A DNA stretch of 64,000 nt. It comes from Burkholderiales bacterium (GTDB lineage: Bacteria; Pseudomonadota; Gammaproteobacteria; Burkholderiales; Ga0077523). The stretch spans positions 53,674 through 117,673 of the forward strand of contig JALHMS010000017.1 of assembly GCA_022843925.1 (NCBI GenBank), written 5' to 3'. Of the stretch, positions 62,297 through 64,000 are shown piece by piece. A program made the translations under genes and the position numbers. The notes beneath the pieces are model-generated. The model saw only the letters and a list, made by a program, of their open reading frames with translations. It did no database searches and was not told where the DNA came from. Position 1 is the stretch's first letter; the number at the start of each line of letters is the position of its first letter.

Positions 62297-63073
62297 TCAG
62301 CGCCAGCGCGCCATCCAGCCCAGCCCATCCTCCGTCTTCCCGGCAGGCCGGTATTCGCAGCCAATCCAGCCCTGGTAGCCGATGCGGTCGATGTGCCCGA
62401 ACAGGAAGTCGTAGTTGATCTCGCCCGTGCCCGGCTCGTGGCGCCCGGGGGTGTCTGCGAGTTGCATGTGGCCGATCTTGGCGAGGTACTTCGAGATCGT
62501 GGGGGCGAGGTCGCCCTCCATGATCTGCATGTGGTAGATGTCGTACTGGAACTTGATGTTCGGCGCGCCGGCGTAGTGGAGGATGTCGATCGCCTGGTCC
62601 GACGTGTTCAGGTAGAAGCCGGGGATGTCGCGGGTATTGATCGCCTCGATCAACACGTCGATGCCGAGCTTCGCGGTCTCGGCTGCAGCGAATCGCAGGC
62701 TCGCGAGATAGGCCTCGCGCATCGTCTCCTCGTTCAGCCCGCGCGGCTTCAGGCCGGCCATCACGTGCAACTGCTTCACGCCGAGCACCTTGGCGTACTC
62801 CAGGGCCTTGCCGACACCGTCCTGGAATTCGCCGAATCGAGCGGGATCGCAGGCCGTGCCGCGATCGCCTGCCGCGAAGTCTCCGGGCGGCATGTTGAAG
62901 AGCACCATCGCGAGCTTGTGCTTCTCCAGCTGTTCGCCGATCTGTGCCGGCGTGAAGTCGTAGGGGAACAGGAACTCGACGCCCTCGAACCCCGCCAGGG
63001 CCGCCGCGCCGAAGCGCTCGAGGAACGGCACCTCGTTGAACATCATGGACAGGTTGGCGTTGAACTTGGGCAT
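62297..63073 (-). CDS. hyi: Hydroxypyruvate isomerase
   Basis: MPKFNANLSMMF, IEAIN, DIYHMQ, GRHEPGTGEINY, GCEY. Confidence 0.92.
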   Translation of the reverse strand: MPKFNANLSMMFNEVPFLERFGAAALAGFEGVEFLFPYDFTPAQIGEQLEKHKLAMVLFNMPPGDFAAGDRGTACDPARFGEFQDGVGKALEYAKVLGVKQLHVMAGLKPRGLNEETMREAYLASLRFAAAETAKLGIDVLIEAINTRDIPGFYLNTSDQAIDILHYAGAPNIKFQYDIYHMQIMEGDLAPTISKYLAKIGHMQLADTPGRHEPGTGEINYDFLFGHIDRIGYQGWIGCEYRPAGKTEDGLGWMARWR

Positions 63074-63201
63074 GGCGGATCTCCGGCCTCTCGAGGAAGG
63101 GCGCGATTATCCGGCATTGCGCGGCGCACCGCCTGCGATGGCGGGCGATGCGGCCGATCGTGTACCCTCGACGCTCCCCCGAACCACGGCAAGAGATCCC
63201 C

Positions 63202-64000
63202 ATGCGCTTCACCGGCACCGACAGCTACGTCGCCACCGAGGACCTGATGATGGCGGTGAATGCCGCCATCACCCTGCAACGGCCGTTGCTCATCAAGGGC
63301 GAGCCCGGCACCGGCAAGACGATGCTCGCGCAGGAAGTGGCGACCGCCCTCGGACGGCCGCTCCACCAGTGGCACGTGAAGTCCACGGGCAAGGCGCAGC
63401 AGGGCCTCTACGAGTACGACGCCGTCTCGCGCCTGCGCGACTCCCAGCTGGGCGACAACCGGGTCGAGGACATCGCGAACTACATCAAGCGCGGTCCGGT
63501 GTGGGAGGCCTTCGAGTCGGAGTCACCGGCCGTGCTGCTGATCGACGAGATCGACAAGGCCGACATCGAGTTCCCGAACGACCTGCTGCGCGAGTTGGAC
63601 CGCATGGAGTTCTTCGTCTACGAGACGCAGAAGCTCGTGCGGGCGCGTCATCGCCCGCTCATCATCATCACGTCGAACAACGAGAAGGAGCTGCCCGACG
63701 CCTTCCTGCGCCGCTGCTTCTTCCACTACATCAAGTTCCCCGACCGCGACACCATGGAGCGCATCGTCGCGGTCCACCATCCGGCCATCAAGCAGGACAT
63801 GCTGCGCAACGCGCTCACGGCCTTCTTCGAGATCCGCGACGTCCCCGGCCTCAAGAAGAAGCCCTCGACCTCGGAGCTGCTCGACTGGATCAAGCTGCTC
63901 GTCGCCGAGGACATCCCGCCCGAGGCGCTGCACACCCAGGACTCCGGGAAGATCGTCCCGCCGCTGCACGGCGCGCTCATCAAGAACGAGCAGGACGTGC
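63202..64000 (+). CDS. MoxR/CoxD-type AAA+ ATPase (3'-truncated; absent from ORF track)
   Basis: ATG 63202 MRFTGTDSYVAT; GEPGTGKT Walker A, LLIDEIDK Walker B, TSNNEKELPDAFLRRC. Confidence 0.92.
   Translation, partial: MRFTGTDSYVATEDLMMAVNAAITLQRPLLIKGEPGTGKTMLAQEVATALGRPLHQWHVKSTGKAQQGLYEYDAVSRLRDSQLGDNRVEDIANYIKRGPVWEAFESESPAVLLIDEIDKADIEFPNDLLRELDRMEFFVYETQKLVRARHRPLIIITSNNEKELPDAFLRRCFFHYIKFPDRDTMERIVAVHHPAIKQDMLRNALTAFFEIRDVPGLKKKPSTSELLDWIKLLVAEDIPPEALHTQDSGKIVPPLHGALIKNEQDV

Overview
High-GC window from a probable Betaproteobacterium, inferred from the gene orders xseB-ispA-dxs-folE2, argF-argG-ppnP-BPH-yajQ and rpsT/murJ and from PEP-CTERM genes. About 1-40 kb is mostly housekeeping or metabolic. 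It holds the end of an acyl-CoA operon, isoprenoid/folate genes, arginine genes with a proteasome-like BPH gene and a basic amino-acid decarboxylase, an APS-type sulfate assimilation/siroheme operon, a MacAB-TolC-type exporter, a diguanylate cyclase and a COG3014-YcfL-LpoB cluster. About 56-64 kb holds hyi-EamA-glycerate kinase-glcDEF and a partial MoxR ATPase. The most interesting part is 40.6-56.2 kb. It contains two PEP-CTERM proteins, a frameshifted orphan CzcA-type RND pump, a YVTN beta-propeller, a PAS histidine kinase with two near-identical NarL-type regulators, a Cys-looped TonB-dependent receptor, a cytochrome c with a non-canonical CX3CH motif and a 9-copy tandem REP-pair array. A palindrome-like motif (CGGGA-RTWTT-TCCY) recurs upstream of the propeller gene, upstream of the receptor, and ahead of an ORF-less, structured, terminated ~125 nt segment that looks like an unannotated sRNA. 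I interpret this, by inference only, as a regulated uptake/sensing module of the type linked to PQQ/lanthanide alcohol dehydrogenases. No rRNA, tRNA, CRISPR or transposase was recognised. Start codons were refined by eye and all family calls come from motif recognition, not database searches.
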